64,000 nucleotides of DNA, taken from positions 3,246 to 67,245 of the forward strand of contig DATICB010000001.1 in NCBI GenBank assembly GCA_035457005.1, given 5' to 3'. Shown piece by piece: positions 52,724 through 62,324 of the stretch (positions are counted from its first letter, which is position 1; the number at the start of each line of letters is the position of its first letter). This DNA is from Patescibacteria group bacterium. GTDB taxonomy: Bacteria > Patescibacteriota > Microgenomatia > Levybacterales > UBA12049. The position numbers and the translations under genes are program-made. The notes below the pieces were generated by a model, which made no database searches, had not been told where the DNA came from, and saw only the letters and a program-made list of their open reading frames with translations.

Positions 52724-53140
52724 CTACTGTTTCTTCAGTTCAAGATTAAACGGTGCATCAATAGGTTTTGCATTTATATCAAGCATTTTTACCGCAGCTA
52801 CGTTAATAATTTGATAATAAGATGTCATTGATCCACTTTTTAATTGCAAAACCTGCATATGGTTTTTTTCCATTTGCTGCCATGTACCCTTTTCGGTAAA
52901 AGGTGCGCCGCGATCAATATATAAAGACTGTAATGTATAGGTATGATTGCCATTAAGTGTGAGTGTTGTTTTAATTCCCGCACAGTCTGCGCAGGGAAGT
53001 GTCCCCGAATAAACAGTGACCGAAGTGTATTGAAGGTAAAATCCAAATGCAAAAATCACAAGAAGAGCAGCTACTACATAGAAAAATCGTACAAAATGAA
53101 AAAACTTGAATTTCCTTATATGTTTTGATTGGCTGGACAT
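52724..53140 (-). CDS. NlpE N-terminal-domain-like protein
   Basis: YSGTLPCADCAGI motif after an N-terminal TM segment. Confidence 0.55.
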   Translation of the reverse strand: MSSQSKHIRKFKFFHFVRFFYVVAALLVIFAFGFYLQYTSVTVYSGTLPCADCAGIKTTLTLNGNHTYTLQSLYIDRGAPFTEKGTWQQMEKNHMQVLQLKSGSMTSYYQIINVAAVKMLDINAKPIDAPFNLELKKQ

Positions 53141-53305
53141 ATATTCATCAAATCACAGATAAAAGATGAATGTAAAGTCCCAAGATGTCTTTGGGACTTG
53201 CTGCCAAGGAAAGTATTTGGCTTGGCGAAAAAGAAAAAGCAGTCAAATAGCTCATAGGAATTTATTAGTTGTTTCTTTTTTGTAAATATTGATACAATCA
53301 AATCA

Positions 53306-54490
53306 ATGCTTAAAGAAAATCGGAACTTACTTATTATTGCCCTCATTGCTCTTGTTAATATGCTAGGGTATGGCATAGTTATTCCGATTTTGTATGCATA
53401 CTCCAAACATTTCGGATTGTCTGATTTTCAAAATGGCCTTCTTTTCGCCTCATTTTCTATTTGTCAATTCATTGCAACACCCATTATTGGAAGAATGTCG
53501 GATAAATATGGAAGACGTCCGTTGCTTTTAATCTCCATTACCGGGACGGCAGTTTCTTTTCTTCTTATGGCATTTGCACAAAATAGCCTTTGGCTTTTTG
53601 CGGCAAGAATGCTTGATGGGATAACTGCGGGGAATATTCCTGTTGCATTTGCGGTAATTTCTGATTCAACAGAAGTGAAAGACAGGCCTCGTGCGTTTGG
53701 CATTGTCGGTGCTGCATTTTCTTTTGGGTTTGTCTTCGGGCCTGCCATATCGGCTCTTACTCTTGGACTTGGTAGCAGTGTTCCGTTTCTTTTTGCTGCG
53801 GCAGTAACGATTATTGCAATTGTACTCACCGCATTATATTTACCAGAAACAAATAAACATCGTGGGGAAGTGTCACGCAAAAATTTGTTTGACTTTTCGC
53901 ACTTATGGCATGCGCTTTTTGATCCAAATATCGGGTCAACCTTTGTTATTTCCCTTATCTACTTCTTGGCTTTTTCCTGCGCAATTATTTACGGATTCCA
54001 GCCGTTTACCATGCATGTCTTGCATGTAAGCGCACAACAAAATGCTATCCTTTTTACTTTGTTTGGTGTCGTGGGTCTTATTTCCCAGACATTCCTGGTG
54101 CAGAGATTTGCAAAAATGTTTGGTCAGAAAAAAGCGTTCGCTATTAGTTTTTTATTGACAGCAATTGTTTTTTTCGTTATGTATTTAGCAAAAACACTGT
54201 ACTTTTTCGTTGGCGTTTCGCTTATCTTAGGCTTTGTTAACAGTGTTGCCCAGACACTGATTCCTTCAATTTTATCGCAGGAAGCAGACGCAAAGTCCCA
54301 AGGATCGATCATGGGATTAAATAGCTCGTATCAAAGCATTGGAATGATTATTGGCCCAATTCTCGGCGGTTTTGTTGCAACGATTGCTGTTCCATTGCCA
54401 TTTTTAATAGGAAGCATTCTCGCCATGATTTGTTTCTTCTTGGCCGTAAGAATTATTACCCACAAAGAAGCAAAAGAAACAGCTTTCTAA
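53306..54490 (+). CDS. MFS transporter
   Basis: 12 TM helices; GRMSDKYGRRPLLL MFS motif A. Confidence 0.8.
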   Translation: MLKENRNLLIIALIALVNMLGYGIVIPILYAYSKHFGLSDFQNGLLFASFSICQFIATPIIGRMSDKYGRRPLLLISITGTAVSFLLMAFAQNSLWLFAARMLDGITAGNIPVAFAVISDSTEVKDRPRAFGIVGAAFSFGFVFGPAISALTLGLGSSVPFLFAAAVTIIAIVLTALYLPETNKHRGEVSRKNLFDFSHLWHALFDPNIGSTFVISLIYFLAFSCAIIYGFQPFTMHVLHVSAQQNAILFTLFGVVGLISQTFLVQRFAKMFGQKKAFAISFLLTAIVFFVMYLAKTLYFFVGVSLILGFVNSVAQTLIPSILSQEADAKSQGSIMGLNSSYQSIGMIIGPILGGFVATIAVPLPFLIGSILAMICFFLAVRIITHKEAKETAF

Positions 54491-54915
54491 GGTCTATCGT
54501 CTGGAGCAATAACGACTACATTATCTGTTCTGTCTGGGGTTACAATCAATGTTCCACTTGGACCATCTCTTCCTCGTAAATCTGGACGCGGTGTCTGTCG
54601 TGGGCCATTGGTTTGGGCAAACGCATTCAAAAGTTGATGAACGCCATGAGGAACATTAATTTCAACAATTCTTCTGCCTGATCTTGTTGGGCGAGTTGGA
54701 AAAGGCTCTTCACCAGCTCTTTCCATGTTGCCAATTCGCGAGTCAACTTCTGTTTGGCCTACACCAAAGAGGCGACGGAATGCACCAACCGACATTCTTC
54801 CTCCAATGGGCCAGCTTTGTCTTCTTGCACCCCGTGATCCGTCGGGATTTCTGCCATATTCAATGACCACATGCACATAATAACACAGGATAGTCTCTGT
54901 TCTAAATATAATCAT
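54487..54915 (-). CDS. hypothetical Arg/Pro-rich protein (GC-rich ORF)
   Basis: ORF only. Confidence 0.25.
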   Translation of the reverse strand: MIIFRTETILCYYVHVVIEYGRNPDGSRGARRQSWPIGGRMSVGAFRRLFGVGQTEVDSRIGNMERAGEEPFPTRPTRSGRRIVEINVPHGVHQLLNAFAQTNGPRQTPRPDLRGRDGPSGTLIVTPDRTDNVVVIAPDDRP

Positions 54916-54925
54916 TAGGAGTTTA

Positions 54926-55657
54926 GTGCTGACAGCAAAGAGAATAACACTAGCAGGAGAAATTTGTTATACTTTTTATATGGTCGAAGATAAAGAAGAG
55001 AAAAAAATATCTGGAGAGTTGGGGAGTCTGATTAGTCAGGATAGAGTCTTAAGTTTTTCAGATGCTGTTTTTGCATTTGCTGCAACACTTCTTGTTTTAA
55101 AAATAGACTTACCCCAAATTGTACGGTCGCAAATTAGCACACAATTTTTTGCTGCTTTTGTCACACTTTGGCCGCAATATTTGGCAAACATTATTAGTTT
55201 TTTGGTTATTGGGTATTATTGGCTTAATCATCATGCCATTTTTGGAATGGTTAAAAAATATAACACAACTCTTGTTTGGTTAAATTTACTCTTTCTTATT
55301 TTTCTCTCTTTCTTGCCGTTTCCGGTTGATTTATATGGTGATTTTCTTACAACACCAATTGTTGTTGTTTTTTACAGCGCAAGTTTGGCAGTTGTTGGAC
55401 TCCTTCTATTTCTTATTTGGTGGTATGCAAGCAGAAATCATAATTTAATTAATGAAAAAATGTCTACACATGAAATAACATATTACAGTGCTCGAATGCT
55501 TTTAGCACCAATTATCTTTACGTTTTCTATTCCGCTTGTGTATATTCATCCAGCACTCACGCAAGTATCGTGGGTATTTATTTTAATTGGTATTGTTGCG
55601 TTGAATAGAATTTTTAAGAGAAAAAAACTTTCCGAAGTGGAGAAAGTCTCCTTGTAA
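54926..55657 (+). CDS. DUF1211 / TMEM175-like membrane protein (putative K+ channel family)
   Basis: RVLSFSDAVFAFAATLLVL signature helix. Confidence 0.6.
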   Translation: MLTAKRITLAGEICYTFYMVEDKEEKKISGELGSLISQDRVLSFSDAVFAFAATLLVLKIDLPQIVRSQISTQFFAAFVTLWPQYLANIISFLVIGYYWLNHHAIFGMVKKYNTTLVWLNLLFLIFLSFLPFPVDLYGDFLTTPIVVVFYSASLAVVGLLLFLIWWYASRNHNLINEKMSTHEITYYSARMLLAPIIFTFSIPLVYIHPALTQVSWVFILIGIVALNRIFKRKKLSEVEKVSL

Positions 55658-55658
55658 T

Positions 55659-56516
55659 ATGGTAGCTAGTGCTCTTTTTCTTTCCCTTTTTGCAACAATT
55701 TGTTTTGGAGCAGCAACGTTTCTTTCCTCAAAAAGTGCAAAAGACATGGGAAGTTTGCAAACACTCTTTTTCTTTCAACTTCTTGGGCTTCCCGCTGATT
55801 TATTGTTGCTGCCATTTGCACCACGTACTGTTCACATTGATTTACTACCGATTATTCTTGTCGGTTTGTATATGACAGTAAGTATGCTCGTGTGGTTTTA
55901 TGCACTGAAAGTTGGCAACGTATCTATTGTCTCTCCTGCAACAGAATCGTATTCGCTTTTGAGTGTTTTACTGGGAATTTTTTTCCTTCATGAATCAGTA
56001 GGAATACTAAAAGGGATTGGAATTATTTTGATATTTGTTGGCGTTTTGTGTATCGGGCTTAATTTTTCATCACTTAAAAAAAGCAAAAGAGTGGAGTTTT
56101 ATACGGGCATACCGCTTGCTTTCTTGTATGCAATACTTTTGGCAGTGTTTTATCTTTTTACAACATTTCTTGCCAGAACAGACGGGTGGTTTGTAACTGC
56201 ATTTGGACTTCGTGTTGTTATTATTATTGGATCTTTTGTTTTGCTTATCCTTCAGGGGAAAAGTTTTAAACAAATTTTTTCACATGTTCCATGGGCATGG
56301 ATAGGTGCTGCTGGATTTTTAGATGGACTGGGATTTTCTATTTTTACTTTAGCACTCACTTTTTCTCAGGTATCTTATGTTGCTGTTATTGCATCAACAC
56401 AATCACTTGTAACAGTATTTCTTGCTTATTTCTTTTATAAAGAACGACTAAAATTGTATCAAATAGTTGGTCTCGTTGGTGTAATCGTGGGGCTTATCTT
56501 CTTGCAGCTGCATTAA
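55659..56516 (+). CDS. EamA/DMT family transporter
   Basis: 10 TM helices, two EamA-like repeats. Confidence 0.65.
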   Translation: MVASALFLSLFATICFGAATFLSSKSAKDMGSLQTLFFFQLLGLPADLLLLPFAPRTVHIDLLPIILVGLYMTVSMLVWFYALKVGNVSIVSPATESYSLLSVLLGIFFLHESVGILKGIGIILIFVGVLCIGLNFSSLKKSKRVEFYTGIPLAFLYAILLAVFYLFTTFLARTDGWFVTAFGLRVVIIIGSFVLLILQGKSFKQIFSHVPWAWIGAAGFLDGLGFSIFTLALTFSQVSYVAVIASTQSLVTVFLAYFFYKERLKLYQIVGLVGVIVGLIFLQLH

Positions 56517-56941
56517 TTGCAGGTGCCATTGTAAAGTTTGCTGTCATCGCAAATTTTTCCGTTGGGGAGGGTGCATGTGGCATTTTTTATTGCAAACGTT
56601 TTGCCGCCAAGCCACGCACAATACTTTTGTTCAATGTTATCAAAGCCGGTTGTCTTGACTCCACCAACAGGGCAGTCGCCCCGGAAAAGCGCCCATTCTT
56701 CACATTGCATGTTGTCGCCAAAATCACAAAGACCATACTCATTGCCGTTGGGAAGTTTTTTAATAGAAAGTGTCCCGCCAACTTGAGAGCAATTAACTGA
56801 TGCTGGATTTGCAAGTGTTGTTGTTGGAGTTGGCACTACACGGGAAATGGTTGGAGCATAGACTGTGTGCCAAGTGACGAGCAAAAATCCCATGACTACA
56901 ATACCAGCAAGAAAGACAATAACAATAATTACTTTAGTCAT
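56513..56941 (-). CDS. DUF333 domain protein, membrane-anchored
   Basis: NPASVNCSQVGG...GLCDF..CEEWALFRGDCP repeated-Cys pattern. Confidence 0.5.
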   Translation of the reverse strand: MTKVIIVIVFLAGIVVMGFLLVTWHTVYAPTISRVVPTPTTTLANPASVNCSQVGGTLSIKKLPNGNEYGLCDFGDNMQCEEWALFRGDCPVGGVKTTGFDNIEQKYCAWLGGKTFAIKNATCTLPNGKICDDSKLYNGTCN

Positions 56942-56946
56942 ATTTT

Positions 56947-57465
56947 TTACCAGGCACTACTGGCAAAGACAGTGACATCTATTTTACAGGGACAAGAAAA
57001 TTGAAGAGGCTCATTTGAATTACTGCTTGAAGGTTGGGTTTTGTATGAAAAAAGGAGGAGTTGTTTTTTACCATCGTTGTCTTTAAGATACCCCCAGCTC
57101 GATGCTCCTGGTCCATCTGCTTCTAAATTGGTATCTGGTAAAAATTTACTGGTTGCTAAGCTATTTACATCTTCAAAATGTCCAAGCATTGGCTTGTCAC
57201 TCGTTATCTGTGCATGGATACTGAGTCCTGAAAGTGTGCCATAAAAAGTTGTTTGCGTATCTTTTGCAGGATGAGACCATGGTGCAGATGGGTACCAAAC
57301 AGCAGCGTCGACAAGTAAATTATATTCATATGTGTTGGTAAGAGGAGAGGGGAAAGGCACTGTGTGATTTAGGAAAAGTTTGTATCCTGCAAGCAAAACA
57401 ATAACAAGAAAGCATATAAAAAGAGAAAGTAAAAAATTGGAGAAATAAAATTTCTGTTTTGCCAT
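56947..57465 (-). CDS. signal-anchored hypothetical protein
   Basis: N-terminal TM helix. Confidence 0.45.
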   Translation of the reverse strand: MAKQKFYFSNFLLSLFICFLVIVLLAGYKLFLNHTVPFPSPLTNTYEYNLLVDAAVWYPSAPWSHPAKDTQTTFYGTLSGLSIHAQITSDKPMLGHFEDVNSLATSKFLPDTNLEADGPGASSWGYLKDNDGKKQLLLFSYKTQPSSSNSNEPLQFSCPCKIDVTVFASSAW

Positions 57466-57543
57466 ATATATAGTATGAAATAGTTTGCGGTTTGTTGCAA
57501 GGTATATCTTGATTCATGTCCACAAACGTGAAATAGTTAAGGA

Positions 57544-58128
57544 ATGAGGTGGTATTTTGTCTTCTTCGGTCTTGTAAATTTTATTGCACTTTTTGTTGCA
57601 TTTATTTTATCCCTCAATGTCATTGCTGACTACTTTAGCTATTTTACTGTACTGAGCAATATTCTGGTTACGGGAATTTTTCTGACTATTGGACTATTTG
57701 GATTTAAAAAAATGAAAAAGAGTAGATTTATCTCTATCTTTTATGGCGCGTCTGTTTTATATATGGGCATAACTGGCATTGTCTATTGGACTATTTTGCA
57801 CGGAGGCAAGCAGCTAACAACCGATGTTGAATGGATTACGTTGGTGTTGCATGGACTTATGCCAATTGCTGTTGTTGTAGGATGGATACTAATTTCCAAA
57901 CACTACACGTGGAAGCATATTTTGTCCTGGCTTTTATTCCCATTTTTCTTTGTTATCTATACGCTGATTCGTGGATTTTTTGTCCACTGGTATCCATACC
58001 CATTTCTTAATCCTTCACTTGTTGGATACGAAGGGGTTGTTATCTGGACTTTTGGTATCCTGACAGGAAGTTTTTTTGTAGGACTTTTTCTTTTACTTCT
58101 TGGAAAAGTTTCATGGAAGCACTTGTAA
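57544..58128 (+). CDS. polytopic membrane protein, hypothetical
   Basis: 6 predicted TM helices. Confidence 0.5.
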   Translation: MRWYFVFFGLVNFIALFVAFILSLNVIADYFSYFTVLSNILVTGIFLTIGLFGFKKMKKSRFISIFYGASVLYMGITGIVYWTILHGGKQLTTDVEWITLVLHGLMPIAVVVGWILISKHYTWKHILSWLLFPFFFVIYTLIRGFFVHWYPYPFLNPSLVGYEGVVIWTFGILTGSFFVGLFLLLLGKVSWKHL

Positions 58129-58366
58129 AATAATTTTTCTCATCTTTTGAATACGTGTACTTTTTTACCCGCAGTTGTATACTGAAGATATTGTATCTGT
58201 ACTGTTTGGAAAAATACAAAAATAAACAGAGAAAACAAAACATTAAAAAACGGCTTCAGAATGAGTTGAATGTGTATGACGTAAATAAATTTATCAATTG
58301 GTGCTTTACTTGTTGTGGTGGATAGTAATAAAAGAGCGATATGTATTTTTGTTACAATAATATGAA

Positions 58367-59869
58367 ATGAATAAATATTTTTTTTCAATAAAAATTGTAA
58401 CATTTTTTTTACTTTTTGTAAGTTTGGTCTCAAGCGGATGGGAACCTTTTTTCTTGCATGGCCCACACTTGGTGAAAGTGTATGCTACAGCCCCACTTCC
58501 TGCATATCGTGCGACTGGTGCGTTTACTGCCGGAACAGGCGCCATAACACCCCCTTTTCCCGCAGGTATGCAGGCAGATGACGTATGCTTGCTTGCTGCC
58601 AGTTCAGAAAATCAAGCAATTACACTTTCCAGTGCTCAAGGTTTTGCAGAGGTTCCGACATGGTCTCCCCAAAGTGCAGGTACCGCCGCGACCGATCCAG
58701 GATCACGTTTGGCTCTTTTTTGGAAACGAACCGTTGGTGGAGATACTGCGCCAACGGTTGCAGATTCGGGAAATAATACAGAAGGAGTGATTCATTGTTT
58801 TTCTGGGGTAGTGAACACAGGGAATCCATGGGATACAGGTGCAGGTGGCAATGATAGTGCTGCTAATGATACAACAGGTACTATCCCGGGCGCTACGACC
58901 ACAACAGACAACGATTTAGTGGTCTTGGTTATATCAACAAGTAACAATCTAACTGCATCAACAAATTGTTCTGGCTGGGCGAATGCAAATTTGGCCGCCA
59001 TTACAGAAAGACAGGATAATAGCAATACCGTAGGTCTTGGTGGTGGGTCTTGCATGGCAACGGGAACAAAAGCTACAGCGGGTTCGTACACAACAACTAC
59101 GGTAACTATGTCGGCAACAACATTCAAGGGCGCAATATCCTTGGCTCTTAAGCCACCACAGCTGTCAACCGTTACGACACAAGCTGCGTCAAGCATAAAG
59201 GACACAACAGCAATAGCAAATGGCACTATTACGGCAACAGGTGGAGGAAATGCTGACGAGGAAGGCTTTGTCTATGACGCGACGTCACACAGTTTGCCAG
59301 GAAACGTTGCTCCAGGGTCTTCTGGGTATGCTAGCTCGGCACAAAACATAGGGAGCTTTGGTGCCGGTGCGTTTACGACAAGCTTGACTGGATTGAGTGG
59401 CGCAACGACTTATTTCGGCAGAGCTTATGCGCACAACTCAGCGGGATATAGCTACGGTGGGGAGGTCAGCTTTACAACCGGTATAATTTCTGTTTCGGTT
59501 TCAGACGGAGTTATAGCATATGGACTTATTGCGCAAAACGTATCGAAAGACACCACTGCAAGCGGATTAAATGACACGCAAACAGCAACCAACAATGGGA
59601 ATATTGCAGAAGACTTTAATATTAAGGGACAAGACAGCTCTTGTCCATGGACACTTGCTTCAAGTACAGCTACGGACCAATATAAGCATGAATTTTCGAT
59701 AAATAGTGGAAGTAATTGGACTGCGCTTACAACAAATTATCAGTCTTTAGCAAGTAACATTGCATCGAATGGGACACAAACATTTGACTTACGTCTGACA
59801 ACCCCAACAGGGACAAGCTGTTTTACACAACAATCAGTAGATGTAACTATTCAAGCAGTCGCTCATTAA
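58367..59869 (+). CDS. secreted Thr/Gly/Ala-rich surface protein; C-terminal ~130-aa domain paralogous to 60532-61029
   Basis: Signal peptide. The C-terminus ISVSVSDG...TQTFDL..TQQSVDVTIQAVAH is about 60% identical to the downstream protein. Confidence 0.6.
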   Translation: MNKYFFSIKIVTFFLLFVSLVSSGWEPFFLHGPHLVKVYATAPLPAYRATGAFTAGTGAITPPFPAGMQADDVCLLAASSENQAITLSSAQGFAEVPTWSPQSAGTAATDPGSRLALFWKRTVGGDTAPTVADSGNNTEGVIHCFSGVVNTGNPWDTGAGGNDSAANDTTGTIPGATTTTDNDLVVLVISTSNNLTASTNCSGWANANLAAITERQDNSNTVGLGGGSCMATGTKATAGSYTTTTVTMSATTFKGAISLALKPPQLSTVTTQAASSIKDTTAIANGTITATGGGNADEEGFVYDATSHSLPGNVAPGSSGYASSAQNIGSFGAGAFTTSLTGLSGATTYFGRAYAHNSAGYSYGGEVSFTTGIISVSVSDGVIAYGLIAQNVSKDTTASGLNDTQTATNNGNIAEDFNIKGQDSSCPWTLASSTATDQYKHEFSINSGSNWTALTTNYQSLASNIASNGTQTFDLRLTTPTGTSCFTQQSVDVTIQAVAH

Positions 59870-59875
59870 AAAAAG

Positions 59876-60499
59876 ATGGCAAAAAATTTTCTTCAAACAT
59901 TTTTTATAGAAAACGGTACAAAGGAAATTGTTGCAAAAGGCGAGATGATAATCCGCATTGAAAAATCTCCACAGAGCATTTTTTTTATTGAAAAAGGACA
60001 TGTGGGGGCATATATTGGTCAAGAAAATCAACTGCAAGCAATTTATCGAAAAGGGGATATGTTTCCTTTCTCTCACCATGTTATGTATTCCAGTGTCTAC
60101 TATGCAATGACGGAGACGATTTTGCGCATACTGCCATCAAAGCGCCTATATAATCTTGTCGAAAAAGATAATCGGATAGCGCGGGATTTGGTACACGTAT
60201 TAATTGAAAGAGCCGATCTTTTGAAAGACCGGCTTACTATTGTCACTACACGTACAACATATTTTCGTGTTATTCAATGGATTTTATTTGCAGGTATGCA
60301 CTTTGGAAAACAAAAAAGAAAAGTTTTGGAAATATCTCTTATTGCTACACAACAGGAATTGGCAAATGCACTTGCAACAACACGCGAGACAATTAACAGA
60401 ATATTTTCCAAACTCGAAAAAAAGGGTCTTATCCGCACAGACCAGGAAGTATTGCGAATTCCATCAATAAAAAATTTACAAAAAGAAATTTCCTCTTGA
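59876..60499 (+). CDS. Crp/Fnr family transcriptional regulator
   Basis: cNMP-binding-like domain plus HTH (LANALATTRETINRIFSKL). Confidence 0.65.
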   Translation: MAKNFLQTFFIENGTKEIVAKGEMIIRIEKSPQSIFFIEKGHVGAYIGQENQLQAIYRKGDMFPFSHHVMYSSVYYAMTETILRILPSKRLYNLVEKDNRIARDLVHVLIERADLLKDRLTIVTTRTTYFRVIQWILFAGMHFGKQKRKVLEISLIATQQELANALATTRETINRIFSKLEKKGLIRTDQEVLRIPSIKNLQKEISS

Positions 60500-60531
60500 C
60501 AAGACATGTGATATATATCACTATAAATTAT

Positions 60532-61029
60532 ATGAGATTTCTTTTCATTGTTTTTTCTATTGTCGTTGTGTCGCTATTTGGTTTTGTCTCTTTTGCGCAA
60601 GCAGCAACAACGGCATCGGTTGCAGCAACAGTTACTGTTCAAAATATTTCCGTGAGTGTTTCGGATGGATCGGTAACATATGGTACATTAGGGGTTAATT
60701 CATCTGCTGGAACAAATGGATCAGACACTCAAACAGCAACCAACAATGGTAATGTTGCAGAAGACTTAAATATTAAAGGACAAAATAGCGCAACATGGAC
60801 ACTCGCAAATTCTGCAGCATCAGATGCCTACGTCCATCAGTTTTGTGTTGCAACCTGCGGGTCAGCACCAACAAATTACACAAAACTAACAACTGCATAC
60901 CAAGCACTTGCGACGAATATCGCATCCAATGGAACACAAACATTTGATTTATATATTACGACTCCAACATCGTCCTCGAGCTTTACGCAACAATCTGTTG
61001 ACGTAACTGTGCAAGCAGTTATACACTAA
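60532..61029 (+). CDS. small secreted surface protein (SCPU/WxL-like beta-domain; paralog of the 58367 C-terminal domain)
   Basis: Signal peptide. Shared ISVSVSDG, TQTATNNGN.AED.NIKGQ, WTLA, TQTFDL, TQQSVDVT.QAV.H. Confidence 0.55.
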   Translation: MRFLFIVFSIVVVSLFGFVSFAQAATTASVAATVTVQNISVSVSDGSVTYGTLGVNSSAGTNGSDTQTATNNGNVAEDLNIKGQNSATWTLANSAASDAYVHQFCVATCGSAPTNYTKLTTAYQALATNIASNGTQTFDLYITTPTSSSSFTQQSVDVTVQAVIH

Positions 61030-61071
61030 ATCCCTTGCGATAGGATTTGCAATCCTGTATGATCTAGCCAA

Positions 61072-61686
61072 ATGAAGAAATTCCTCTTTTTATTATTATC
61101 TCTTGCACTTTTTCTTCCCGCGTCAGCATTTGCACGAATTGGCGTCGGCGTTGGTATTGGAAAAATTGTTGTTAATCAACAGTTGCGTCCAGGAATTATT
61201 TATGACTTACCTCCACTAACCGTTATTAACACAGGAGACACAACAACAAATTATCAAGTTGCAGTAACATTTAATCAAAGACAGGCGCAAAAATTTCCAA
61301 AAGCAGATTGGTTTATTTTTTCACCAGATAAATTTCAGCTAGCTCCCGGAAAAGTACAGCGAGTCGATGTAAAAGTAAATTTGCCGCTTATGATGGAGCC
61401 AGGGGATTATTTTGCATATTTAGAAGCACATCCTTTGGCTGTTGATAAAAATGGTGCAACAACAATTAATATTGCTGCTGCTGCAAAATTATACTTTACT
61501 GTTGTTCCGGCAAATATTTTCCAGGCAATGTATTACAAAACAAGCTCGTTTTGGGAACTTTACCAACCATGGACAACTGTTGTTGCAATCCTTTTTGTCT
61601 TTGTTGTTGTCGGGGTGTTACTAAAGAAATATGTTCATATTGAAATCAATATGAAACAAAAATCAACACCACCGCGCAATGAATGA
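61072..61686 (+). CDS. surface protein with N-terminal signal peptide and C-terminal TM anchor (DUF916-like topology)
   Basis: Signal peptide, beta-rich ectodomain, C-terminal hydrophobic helix then KKY. Confidence 0.5.
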   Translation: MKKFLFLLLSLALFLPASAFARIGVGVGIGKIVVNQQLRPGIIYDLPPLTVINTGDTTTNYQVAVTFNQRQAQKFPKADWFIFSPDKFQLAPGKVQRVDVKVNLPLMMEPGDYFAYLEAHPLAVDKNGATTINIAAAAKLYFTVVPANIFQAMYYKTSSFWELYQPWTTVVAILFVFVVVGVLLKKYVHIEINMKQKSTPPRNE

Positions 61687-62324
61687 AATATCTAGCAATT
61701 CTTTTTTCCGTGGCAGGATTATTATTAGTGCATAGACTTGTGTATGCATCGACTTCGTCATCGATTAACGCTACTATTAAATTAAGCGTCTGTGGTAATT
61801 TGGTCGCAGAAGGTGGGGAAGACTGTGATAATTCCGATTTAAAAGGAAAAAGTTGTACAGATTTAGGATATGGTGGAGGGAATTTGTCTTGTGATATAAG
61901 TTGCAGTTATAACACGAGTGGCTGCATTGCAGCAACACCTACGCCAACACCGACTCCCACGCCAACCCCAAGTGTTACACCTACACCAACGCCAGGTGCA
62001 CAAACAAGTTCAACAAGTGACGTTACGACAACGCCAACCAATGCACCAACAAATACGATAGTCTTTCCAACAATTCGTGCAAATGTGCAATCATTTTTCC
62101 CCAAGGCGCTGCAAGCGTTTGTTGGAGACAATGGTACAATAGCAGTAGTACAGCTCCATGCCGTATTGACACAATGGGTCAGTGGGTGGAAGAATTTTAT
62201 TCAGACCCAGCAAGACAGTCCGCAAAAAGGTGCTGCGATTGCAGCATCATCATGTGATGTTAATCAGGATGGGATTTGTGACATTTTGGATTTGTCGGTA
62301 TTACTATTTCACGTAACACAATGA
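61683..62324 (+). CDS. secreted Cys-rich protein with PT linker and C-terminal dockerin-like motif
   Basis: CDVNQDGICDILDLSVLL matches the dockerin DxNxDGxxDxxDxxxL pattern; (TP)n linker. Confidence 0.55.
   Translation: MKYLAILFSVAGLLLVHRLVYASTSSSINATIKLSVCGNLVAEGGEDCDNSDLKGKSCTDLGYGGGNLSCDISCSYNTSGCIAATPTPTPTPTPTPSVTPTPTPGAQTSSTSDVTTTPTNAPTNTIVFPTIRANVQSFFPKALQAFVGDNGTIAVVQLHAVLTQWVSGWKNFIQTQQDSPQKGAAIAASSCDVNQDGICDILDLSVLLFHVTQ

Noticed and set aside
58140-58545. Minus-strand ORFs 58140-58466 and 58306-58545 overlapping the start of the 500-aa secreted protein
   Set aside because: These are AT-rich shadow frames, while the plus-strand ORF has a signal peptide and a paralogous domain.
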